DNA of 64,000 bases from a virus. Both the position numbers and the translations under genes were made by a program. Below the pieces are notes generated by a model that was not told the origin of the DNA, did no database searches, and worked only from the letters and a program-made list of their open reading frames with translations. The stretch covers positions 30,120-94,119 of the IMG/VR virus record IMGVR_UViG_3300017960_000001. The stretch is one strand, 5' to 3'. This document shows, piece by piece, positions 56,694 through 64,000 of this stretch. Each line of letters opens with the position of its first letter. Position 1 is the first letter of the stretch.

Positions 56694-57206
56694 ATGACCG
56701 ACGGAACAAACACCAACAACACCCCGGGAATCGACGCCACGCTCCGCTCCGACGACTACGAGCGGGCGGTGGTCGCATTGATGACGGACCCCGCGATCCA
56801 AACCATGCTCGCCGAGGTTCCGCCCGGTGATGAGATCGACTTCGCCCGCGCCATGATGAGCACGTCAGCTGTCAAACGCTACCACGCGATCTGGGATGCG
56901 TGGGAGAAAGCCGGGCTCGCCGACACGTGGGCCGCCGCGGGCAAGGCCAGGGTGAACGGTCCGATCGGCGCACCGATCGAAGCGTTGCGCCGGCTGCTCG
57001 AAAATCGTTTGCCCGACGTCGTGGCGGTGTACCTGTACCACTGCAACGGCGAGGCGGTCTACGGATGGGGGCCGAACATCGAGACGGCAAGGGCGGCCGC
57101 CGACGCGAGCTGGCGCGCCCGATGGGGAACCGTGGTGAAGAACCCGGGCCGGGTCCAGATCACCCTGAACGGCAAGGTCGTGAGCGACACCCGCAACGAC
57201 AACTAG
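56694..57206 (+). CDS. Hypothetical protein
   Basis: GGAGGG SD. Confidence 0.7.
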   Translation: MTDGTNTNNTPGIDATLRSDDYERAVVALMTDPAIQTMLAEVPPGDEIDFARAMMSTSAVKRYHAIWDAWEKAGLADTWAAAGKARVNGPIGAPIEALRRLLENRLPDVVAVYLYHCNGEAVYGWGPNIETARAAADASWRARWGTVVKNPGRVQITLNGKVVSDTRNDN

Positions 57207-57215
57207 GAGGACACC

Positions 57216-57641
57216 GTGAAAGTCAACAACGCGATCAAGGAACTGGCGGATCGGGACGTGCTGGACATCCTCGGCGACGCTAGCGAGCTGCACCGCAAGC
57301 ACCTGCGACTCGCCCAGGAAAAGGGCAACCGGACCGTGGCCGAAATGTGGACCCGCCGGATCGAGAAAACCGATCGGCTCAAGGTGGCGGTGGTGACGCT
57401 GATGGACGCCGCCCGCGAGGTGGTCGCCGACGAGGTCCCGGCCGCCTACGTCGTGACGCTCTACGCGGAGGACGGGCTCGCGGTGGTCGGGCGTTCGAAC
57501 GAGGACGAGCACGACGCCGATTGCAGGGCCGAGCGGCTGTTCCTGTCCGCGTTCGGGATCGCGCCGGTGGTGCGACGGGTCGCCACCTACCGCGGCCGGC
57601 TGGTGTCCGACAAGAAGCTCTCAACGGGGACCGGGTCATGA
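57216..57641 (+). CDS. Hypothetical protein
   Basis: AGGAGG SD. Confidence 0.7.
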   Translation: MKVNNAIKELADRDVLDILGDASELHRKHLRLAQEKGNRTVAEMWTRRIEKTDRLKVAVVTLMDAAREVVADEVPAAYVVTLYAEDGLAVVGRSNEDEHDADCRAERLFLSAFGIAPVVRRVATYRGRLVSDKKLSTGTGS

Positions 57642-58024
57642 TGCCAACCGGCAACTGCTACGAGGCCGCGGGGAAGTTCCTGATGGACTACGACCTCGGC
57701 CGGGTGCAGCTGCCGATCCCGGCGAACGTGCGATCGCTATTCGGGGACGAGGTGCTATTGGTCCACGGTCGCCCGGTGCTCCAAGTTCCGCCGTTCATCC
57801 GGTACGGTCACGCCTGGATAGAGATCGGCGGGATGTTCTGCTACGACGCCGAGCGGCGGGAGGTTTTCCCCCGGGCGCTGTACTACGCCGCCGGCCAGAT
57901 CAAGCCCGACGTGGAGTGCTACCGGTACACGGCCGAGGACCTGCGCCGGTGGGTCACCCGCCGCGGACATTGGGGCCCGTGGGAAGGCATCGAGGCCGAG
58001 GGGCTCGACGACGATGCGAGCTGA
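57638..58024 (+). CDS. Small papain/transglutaminase-like fold protein
   Basis: GNCY...LVHG...GHAWIE...YD putative Cys-His-acid triad. Confidence 0.55.
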   Translation: MMPTGNCYEAAGKFLMDYDLGRVQLPIPANVRSLFGDEVLLVHGRPVLQVPPFIRYGHAWIEIGGMFCYDAERREVFPRALYYAAGQIKPDVECYRYTAEDLRRWVTRRGHWGPWEGIEAEGLDDDAS

Positions 58025-58046
58025 AGCCCGCGCCGAGAGCGGTCAG

Positions 58047-58121
58047 AATTTTTTTAAAAAAAAGTTGTGCGGCAGGGTTGACACGGCGGGCGAGACGTGC
58101 CAAGATTTACTCATGATGACG
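58047..58121 (+). promoter_or_regulatory. Early promoter P6
   Basis: T7A8 tract, TTGACA 58078-83, 17 bp, TGc-CAAGAT 58101-06, ATGATGACG at 58113. Confidence 0.85.
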
Positions 58122-58454
58122 GGCAACAACAACACGGGGAGCGCGACAATGACCAACGAAACCAGCACGGCGATGATCATCGCGGCACAGATGGGGGGGA
58201 TCGGGAGACTGCGGGCGATGGTGGCGGCGAGCCACATGGCCGACCACGACAACGGGTTGAGCTTCCGGTTCAAGGGTAGCCGGGCCGCCAACTACGTGAA
58301 GGTCACGCTGGACCCCGACGACACCTACACCGTGGAGTTTTGGAAAATCCGCGGCGTGTTCAGCATGGACAAGGTCGAGGAATTGGGCGGGGTCTACTGC
58401 GACCAGCTGATCCCGTTGTTCGAGTCGACCACCGGCCTTTACCTGACTCTGTAG
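58113..58454 (+). CDS. Small phage protein (starts 58113/58149)
   Basis: IAAQMGG..RLRAM...ANYVKVTLDPDDTYTVEF...FESTTGL. Confidence 0.75.
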   Translation: MMTGNNNTGSATMTNETSTAMIIAAQMGGIGRLRAMVAASHMADHDNGLSFRFKGSRAANYVKVTLDPDDTYTVEFWKIRGVFSMDKVEELGGVYCDQLIPLFESTTGLYLTL

Positions 58455-58463
58455 GAGGACACG

Positions 58464-58685
58464 ATGTCAAACCAAACCGAAGCAACGTGCCCGCATTGCG
58501 GCGGCGAGCTGACCGCGATCCGCGAACAAGAAATCGAATACCGAAAGGTAATCGTCAACACGTCAACCGGCGCCGTCGACTACCACCAGCAAAAGTCGGA
58601 GCCACCGCGGATCACCCTCCGGTGCCCGGGGTGCTGCTGGAATTGCGCGCCCGACGAATACAAGCGAATCGTGACGGGGGGATAA
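58464..58685 (+). CDS. Small Zn-ribbon protein
   Basis: CPHCG..CPGC; AGGAGG SD. Confidence 0.65.
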   Translation: MSNQTEATCPHCGGELTAIREQEIEYRKVIVNTSTGAVDYHQQKSEPPRITLRCPGCCWNCAPDEYKRIVTGG

Positions 58686-58687
58686 TC

Positions 58688-59527
58688 GTGAATCTGTCGA
58701 AGGGACAAGTGACAGTGCTCGAGGAAGCGTTCCGGTGCGAGTACATCGCGCGGCGCCGGGTGGCGCCCGGGCTGCGTGTGTTGGTCGACGCGGGCTACCT
58801 CCGGCCGACCGACAAGGGGCACGTGGGGCAACGGTTCGAGATCACCGACGCCGGCCGCGTGGCTCTCTCCACGGCGCTGAACACCGGGGACAACGTCGCA
58901 CCCGACCCGCCGGCCCCGGGGTGGCAGGACACCGACACGGACACGGACGAGGACGCGGGGCCGGATCCGACACCGGCCGCCGAGCCTCCGACCGACGACC
59001 AAAAGCTGGCGAGCTTCGCCGAGGACATGACGGCCAAGGGCTACATGGTCGAGCGGGTCGACGACCGGACGATCCGAGCATCCCTCGGTGACGGGTGGTC
59101 GGCGGTGTTCGAGTTGACCGATCGCGGTTGGATGTGCCGGGACCACACGAACCCACCGACGGACGCCGACGCGCCCGCGGCGCCGACCGTCGCCGGGGCT
59201 CTGTTCAACGGCACCACCACGGGGCCCACCGCGGCCTCTGAGCCGGCGCCGGTCGAGCCGAAACCCGGAACCCCGGCCGCGTTCTTCGCGGCGAAGGACG
59301 CCGAACGGCTGGCGCGTGTGCGGACTCTGGCCGAGTCTGCCGCCGAGGTGATAGTATGGGGGGCGAACCCGGGGCTCTGCCAAGTCGAGCACGGCGACGA
59401 AGCTTTCTGGATGAAGCGCGACCTCGCCGAGGGCGAGCTTGAGCGGGGCGGGATGGCGCATGTCGACGACACCGAACGACCTGCGAAACCGTACCCGACG
59501 AGGGGCAAGGTTTTCCGCCGGGTGTAG
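58688..59527 (+). CDS. Multi-domain hypothetical protein with N-terminal wHTH-like region
   Basis: LRVLVDAGYL...FEITDAGR. Confidence 0.6.
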   Translation: MNLSKGQVTVLEEAFRCEYIARRRVAPGLRVLVDAGYLRPTDKGHVGQRFEITDAGRVALSTALNTGDNVAPDPPAPGWQDTDTDTDEDAGPDPTPAAEPPTDDQKLASFAEDMTAKGYMVERVDDRTIRASLGDGWSAVFELTDRGWMCRDHTNPPTDADAPAAPTVAGALFNGTTTGPTAASEPAPVEPKPGTPAAFFAAKDAERLARVRTLAESAAEVIVWGANPGLCQVEHGDEAFWMKRDLAEGELERGGMAHVDDTERPAKPYPTRGKVFRRV

Positions 59528-59548
59528 CTCAACGCGGGAGGTCTGCAC

Positions 59549-60169
59549 ATGGGACGGGACACCATTCTCTCAGTAGCACCGGGCACGCCGGGCCGGGTGA
59601 TCGCTTGGATCACCGGGCTACTCGTCGCAGCCGGCACCGCGGCGACGGCGATCGCCGGGGCGGTGTCTGCCTTCGGAGCCCAGGCTGAAACCGAAGCCAG
59701 CTACGCCGTGACGCGCACGCGGATCGAGTTCCTAGCGAAGCAGCTGGAATCCACTCAGGGCGAGCTGGCCCGGCTCAGAGCGGAGAACGACAAGCTCCGC
59801 GACACTGTGAACCGGGACCGAGAGAATCGGCTCAGGGACCGCGTGGCTGACGCTCTGCGGGTGGCCGACGGGCGGGACCGGATCGCCGCCCGGGGAGGTG
59901 GTGGCGGGTCGGGGGCTGGCTACGGGCTGGGAGCCGGCGGGTTGAGCGGTGGTGGCGGGTCGGTTTCCGGGCGCCGCGGTGGCGGGGCGAAACCGGCGAG
60001 CAAACCACCGACGACGAGCGGACCGCCCGACGAGCTAGACGACCTGCTCGCCGAGGGTGCAGCTGAACCACCGCCGAAGCCTGACCCGGTCCAGAAAACG
60101 GCGCCGGCGGGGCCGGGTGCGGACCCGTTGCCGAAGTCCCTGGACGCTGCGATGGAGGCCAAGCACTAA
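59549..60169 (+). CDS. Membrane-anchored coiled-coil, Gly/Pro-rich protein
   Basis: TM segment, heptads, GGGGSGAGYGLGAGG, Pro-rich tail. Confidence 0.65.
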   Translation: MGRDTILSVAPGTPGRVIAWITGLLVAAGTAATAIAGAVSAFGAQAETEASYAVTRTRIEFLAKQLESTQGELARLRAENDKLRDTVNRDRENRLRDRVADALRVADGRDRIAARGGGGGSGAGYGLGAGGLSGGGGSVSGRRGGGAKPASKPPTTSGPPDELDDLLAEGAAEPPPKPDPVQKTAPAGPGADPLPKSLDAAMEAKH

Positions 60170-60172
60170 CGC

Positions 60173-60201
60173 TTGACGCGGGGGGCTGCCGGCAGTAGTA
60201 T
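60173..60201 (+). promoter_or_regulatory. Sigma70-like promoter
   Basis: TTGACG-17 bp-TAGTAT. Confidence 0.65.
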
Positions 60202-60224
60202 CACCACAACCGAAGGGGGCTACC

Positions 60225-60776
60225 ATGACCGACGACGCCGCCACCGGTGCGGACGCCACCGAAGAACTGACCGAGGACGCGCTGAAACGAGCGGCCGCCG
60301 AGGACCACCGGAGGATCCGGGCCCTCGAACGGGCGGTCGAGTTCGCCCGCGAGACTCTCCTCGCGTGGGACACCGACGACGCCGACGACGTGCCGACCGA
60401 CACAGTCTGCAAGGTGCTCGACAAGCTCGACGAGTTGGCCGACGGTGTCGGCGATGCTGAGACTTGGGATCGGGACGCGGCGATCGTATACGCCCGGGCG
60501 ATGGTGTGGGAGGCATACCACGAACTGCGCGCACCGGGCGCCGAGAAGATCAACGGCGCCGAGCGGTCGGAGCTTTTCCGGGCGTGCCGGGCGGTGCTCG
60601 CGTTCGACCGAGAAAAACGGTGCGCCGGGTGCGGGCTCACGAAAGGCGAGCACGTCGGGACCCGCAAGCTCTGCCCCGACGCGGCGACCAACGCGGCAAC
60701 CTGGCAGGATCCCGACGACCCTGCGCTGCTCACGAACATCCTCGCCGACGACGGCGACGACAACGGCAACCAATAG
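60225..60776 (+). CDS. Hypothetical acidic protein with Zn motif
   Basis: CAGCG...H...CP. Confidence 0.65.
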   Translation: MTDDAATGADATEELTEDALKRAAAEDHRRIRALERAVEFARETLLAWDTDDADDVPTDTVCKVLDKLDELADGVGDAETWDRDAAIVYARAMVWEAYHELRAPGAEKINGAERSELFRACRAVLAFDREKRCAGCGLTKGEHVGTRKLCPDAATNAATWQDPDDPALLTNILADDGDDNGNQ

Positions 60777-60785
60777 GAGGGGCCA

Positions 60786-61295
60786 ATGTTCAAAGAAATC
60801 TTCAACCCGACCGTAACGAACATCGATCTCAGCCGAGCGAAGGGGGACGAGGACACCGGCGTCAAGGTGGTGATGTCTCTCAAGATGCAGTTGGAGGACG
60901 ACCACGCCGACGACCTCGGCGCAACCGTCAAGGCTTTGATCGACGCGAGGCTCGCCGACGACGGGGCCCGGGTGCATCCGTTCAGTAAGGTTCAGCTGGA
61001 CGTCACCTATTCCGACCTCGCGCTCACGGTCTACGACGGCAAGGGGGTGAAGTTCGAGGCGTTGCCGTGCACCGCGTCCGGGCTCGCTCTGGTGAAGTCG
61101 AAGGACGACCCGTGCAACGCGGTGCTGACTTGGAAGGTGTCGATCCCGCCGGTCAAGTGGACCGACCTCCAATACCTGATCGCGTTCCTACAGGCGCCGG
61201 AACCGATCAAGCTCAAGCTCGCCTACCGCCAGCAAGAGATGGACGTCGACCCGCCACCGGAGACGGACGGCGACGACGCCACCGACGCGGCCTAA
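60786..61295 (+). CDS. Hypothetical protein
   Basis: AGGAGG SD. Confidence 0.7.
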   Translation: MFKEIFNPTVTNIDLSRAKGDEDTGVKVVMSLKMQLEDDHADDLGATVKALIDARLADDGARVHPFSKVQLDVTYSDLALTVYDGKGVKFEALPCTASGLALVKSKDDPCNAVLTWKVSIPPVKWTDLQYLIAFLQAPEPIKLKLAYRQQEMDVDPPPETDGDDATDAA

Positions 61296-61298
61296 CCC

Positions 61299-61721
61299 AT
61301 GCCGGGAACAGGAATACCACTCGAAGCCGAGCAGGTGCTGCCGTTCAACTGCCCTCAGTGCGAGGGCACCGGGGCGATCACCGTGTCGCCGACGTTGGGG
61401 ACGGGGGCCGAGCCTGAGTTTCAGCTACGGTGCGGGGCGTGCGGGTTCATATGGCGATGGACCGAGGCCCAGCTGGTCGAGGCTCAGCGTGCGTTCGAGC
61501 TACATTCCCGCGGGGTGCGCCGCCGGGACGGCGAGCCGCTGACCGCGGACGACGCGCGGCGCCTCACCGAGGGGTTTGCCAAGGTGGCGGTGCCGTTCAA
61601 GAAAATGAGCGAGGCGATCGCCGAGGCGGCGTCGGCGATGCTCGAGCTTGCGAAGCTCTACGACGTCCCGGGGATCACCGACGGGGCGGAAAGCGAGGAC
61701 GACGATGGACCCGAAAGTTGA
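61299..61721 (+). CDS. Zn-ribbon protein
   Basis: CPQC...CGACG. Confidence 0.6.
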   Translation: MPGTGIPLEAEQVLPFNCPQCEGTGAITVSPTLGTGAEPEFQLRCGACGFIWRWTEAQLVEAQRAFELHSRGVRRRDGEPLTADDARRLTEGFAKVAVPFKKMSEAIAEAASAMLELAKLYDVPGITDGAESEDDDGPES

Positions 61722-62349
61722 GGCTCGGCTCGGGCTGGCGATGAAGGCCAGCGTCGCACGTCCGGCCCGGTATTGGCTGACCTACGTGTGGACGTGGCCG
61801 ACCGACCTGCTCGCGTGGGTCGCGGTGTTGTTCGTCCGGGTGGCGTGGGGTGCGAAGGTGTTCTGGCTGGACGGGCTGTGGTGCGAGCTACGGGCCGACA
61901 GCTGGCCGGCGCGCACGTGGTATCGAGGCTGGCTCGGGACGACCCTCGGCCACGGTGGGCTGCTTGGCCCGGGGGTCGGGGGCGGGCCGGGGTTGGACAC
62001 CGACACGGAACGCCACGAACTGCACCACGTCGAGCAGTACGAGGCAGCCATGCTCGCGGCGTTCGTGGTCGGGGTCGCGGTGGCGGCGGTCCTTCTCTCC
62101 TTCGGTCACCCGGTCGCCGCGGCGTGGACGGGTGGTGCGGTGTGGGTCACGGGCGGGGGGCTGACCTACCTCGCAGCCTTGCTGACAGCGTGGCTACGTG
62201 GGGAATCCGCCTACACCGGATCACACTTGGAAGAGAGGGCCTACGCCGCCGACACGATCCGCGAGGTGAGGGCGTGGGCCGGGCGCCACAAGCTCCCCTA
62301 CGTCGCCGACGTGGAGCTTCGAGAGATTCTCGCCGCGGGGCCCGAATGA
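61705..62349 (+). CDS. Membrane protein with HEXXH zincin motif
   Basis: TTLGH..., RHELHHVEQY, HLEERAY; hydrophobic segments. Confidence 0.7.
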   Translation: MDPKVEARLGLAMKASVARPARYWLTYVWTWPTDLLAWVAVLFVRVAWGAKVFWLDGLWCELRADSWPARTWYRGWLGTTLGHGGLLGPGVGGGPGLDTDTERHELHHVEQYEAAMLAAFVVGVAVAAVLLSFGHPVAAAWTGGAVWVTGGGLTYLAALLTAWLRGESAYTGSHLEERAYAADTIREVRAWAGRHKLPYVADVELREILAAGPE

Positions 62350-62531
62350 ATCTCGACAACATAGAACCGCGGATCACGATCAACGACGACGGGGATCCGG
62401 TGATCGAGTGCACGCGGTCAGGCTGTCCGGCCTATGGAGATTGTCCCGAGTTCGGGGTGTTCGACGAGTCTCCCTGTATCCCGGGGTGGCGCCGGATGGT
62501 CCGCAATCTCCAATCGCACGCGGACAAATGA
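62346..62531 (+). CDS. Small Cys-rich protein
   Basis: ATGA overlap; four Cys. Confidence 0.5.
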   Translation: MNLDNIEPRITINDDGDPVIECTRSGCPAYGDCPEFGVFDESPCIPGWRRMVRNLQSHADK

Positions 62532-62553
62532 TCCACTGAGAAAGGGGGACACG

Positions 62554-64000
62554 ATGCCGATCAAGGGATCCGTGACGGTGACCGACGCCGTCGAGCTACT
62601 GAACGCCGCAGCCGAGGCTGACCCGGACGCGATCGGGCGGTTGATGAACCACCGCGAGTGGTGCACCGGTAATCTCTTGAGCGTGAGGGGGGTGCAGATT
62701 ATGGCTGATCCCGTGCCGGGCAAGCCAGGGGAGTATACCAACACCCGGATCGGGATCCTCGGATTGCTCAACGGAATCTTCGGGGAGGACCGAGACGGGT
62801 GGGGAACGATCGCGGCGGTGTTCGATGTGGTCTGCCCCGGGGCTTGCGAGGTTCCCGAGGGGGCGGTCGCCGGCGACACGTGCCGAACGTGCGAGGCTCG
62901 GCTCGAGGTGGGCCAGCTCACCGGGTTCAAGAACCTCGGCCGCGGGGACAACGGACCGCTGCCCGACGGGGCTGCCGACGTGGTCCAGCTATCGGACCAC
63001 CGGCGGGCGATCGTGGTGGACGACCTGTGCGAGGCGTGGCGGGACTTCCTGCTCAACTCGCCGGGGGGGTTGGTGGAGTTCGGGGCGTGGCGGGACCGGG
63101 TGAAGGAAGTCCTTGTCGGTCACTACCCGGACATTGCAGACCTCGACCCCGGGATCGAGCGGTGCCCGAACCCGGTCAACACGGACTGCGACAAGCTCGG
63201 ACCGCGGGTGCGGTGCCGGCAGGGGAGCAGACCGGGGACGATCACTCTCGTAATCACCGACGCCGACGGCCGGGAGGTCGAGCGACGCGAGGACCTGATC
63301 GACGACATCGGGATCACCGACGAGGCTGTGACGCGCCCGATCCTCGGCGCCGTTCCCGGCATGGACTACCACGACTCCCTGATCGAAGGCGCCGACGAGC
63401 CGACCATCGACGAGGTCGCCGCGAACCTGAGCGTGGCCCACCCCGACCACTCTTTCTACGTCGACCGAAGCGAGGAGGTGGCGGTTATCGCGTGCCACTT
63501 GGATCGGGAGGGGTCCGACGGCCCGGCGCCGATGGATTGCAGCTGCGAGTGTTGCGGGTGCGACCTCACCGAGATCAACTACCGGCGCACGGCCGACGAT
63601 GCCGAGGTCTGCGCGGATTGCCTCGCGGCATTGGCGGCGGACACCGGGGCGCCCGCACAACCGAGCAAGGCTGAACTGGACGAGCGGATCGGCGGGGCGA
63701 TCCAACGGTCGGCACAACGGGACGACGGGACCACCGCCGAGCCGGGGCACCGGATCCACTTGCTCGAGGTGCAACTCAACAAGGCCGACGCGGCGATCGC
63801 CGAATGGAAATCCGCCAACGCCGAACAGGCCGCGCGGATCGAGAGGTTGGAGCGCGAGCTTGCGAACTGGAACTGCTCCGAGTGCGGGTGGCACAGGGCG
63901 GTTGACGGGGGCGCCGATACGGAGGGGCCCGATAGCCTCGTAGTTGACGAAGGCGGGGTTGTGGCGATCTACGAGCGCAGCGCCGAGCCTACCAGCGAGG
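62554..64000 (+). CDS. Long mosaic Cys-rich hypothetical protein (runs off the window end)
   Basis: AAAGGGGG SD, ATG 62554; frame stays open to 64000 by manual translation (MPIKGSVTVTDAVELLN...IGILGLLNGIFG...). Confidence 0.7.
   Translation, partial: MPIKGSVTVTDAVELLNAAAEADPDAIGRLMNHREWCTGNLLSVRGVQIMADPVPGKPGEYTNTRIGILGLLNGIFGEDRDGWGTIAAVFDVVCPGACEVPEGAVAGDTCRTCEARLEVGQLTGFKNLGRGDNGPLPDGAADVVQLSDHRRAIVVDDLCEAWRDFLLNSPGGLVEFGAWRDRVKEVLVGHYPDIADLDPGIERCPNPVNTDCDKLGPRVRCRQGSRPGTITLVITDADGREVERREDLIDDIGITDEAVTRPILGAVPGMDYHDSLIEGADEPTIDEVAANLSVAHPDHSFYVDRSEEVAVIACHLDREGSDGPAPMDCSCECCGCDLTEINYRRTADDAEVCADCLAALAADTGAPAQPSKAELDERIGGAIQRSAQRDDGTTAEPGHRIHLLEVQLNKADAAIAEWKSANAEQAARIERLERELANWNCSECGWHRAVDGGADTEGPDSLVVDEGGVVAIYERSAEPTSE

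Larger units (their letters stand above)
1..64000 (+). mobile_element. Contractile-tailed bacteriophage/prophage genome segment (both ends lie outside the window)
   Basis: Continuous co-oriented phage gene order (neck-sheath-tube-TMP-baseplate-fibres, then recombination, replication, lysis and accessory genes); no host housekeeping genes. Confidence 0.95.

Noticed and set aside
57636-57646. TCATGATGCC as an eighth promoter-family copy
   Set aside because: No -35 box, -10 box or CA tract; it is just an ATGA stop/start overlap
30118-58160. The recurring repeats as a dispersed CRISPR array, integron attC sites or tRNA-like elements
   Set aside because: Spacing is irregular and kb-scale, the geometry is clearly -35/17 bp/-10, and there is no long stem or cloverleaf
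1-64000. Many long minus-strand and alternate-frame ORFs in the track (e.g. 33071-34432, 35733-37034, 39489-40967)
   Set aside because: They are shadow ORFs of high-GC coding sequence: Arg/Gly/Val-rich, without motifs or SD sites, and overlapping well-supported + strand genes
1-64000. Frequent GCGATCGC/CGATCG as a HIP1-like repeat
   Set aside because: Explained by common GCG-ATC-GCN (Ala-Ile-Ala) and similar codon pairs; not supportable without counts

Overview
The whole 64 kb window reads as one high-GC tailed phage or prophage with a contractile tail (myovirus-like), and essentially all credible genes are on the + strand. Bases 1-29.9 kb hold the late virion module: head-accessory proteins, neck, sheath, T4 gp19-like tube, chaperones, tape measure, P2/CIS-like baseplate and fibres. 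Bases 30-64 kb hold early/middle genes: small accessory ORFs, a stand-alone response regulator, a GHKL ATPase-zincin fusion, a double-HTH repressor, a Cas4-like exonuclease with a putative annealing protein, a replication initiator with DnaB, an amidase, an SLT muramidase, an SMC-like ATPase, holin and spanin-like genes, an adenine MTase, RuvC, ASCH and a zeta-like kinase. No terminase, portal, capsid, integrase, tRNA or CRISPR array was seen. A Myxococcota/deltaproteobacterial host is plausible but is only an inference. The most striking unexplained structure is a family of seven sigma70-type promoters (A/T tract, TTGAC(A/G), 17 bp, -10 box, mostly TGn-extended). In each, an invariant ATGATGACG sits at the predicted +1 and is followed by a CA-rich tract. 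In five copies this leaderless AUG is in frame with a second, Shine-Dalgarno-led AUG 11-14 codons downstream, which suggests a dual leaderless/leadered translation system. Other notable items are a ~90-aa mobile domain inserted (sometimes nested) into four virion proteins, and a duplicated 30-bp GTCAC composite at the replication initiator. All calls come from reading motifs by eye; no database searches were run.
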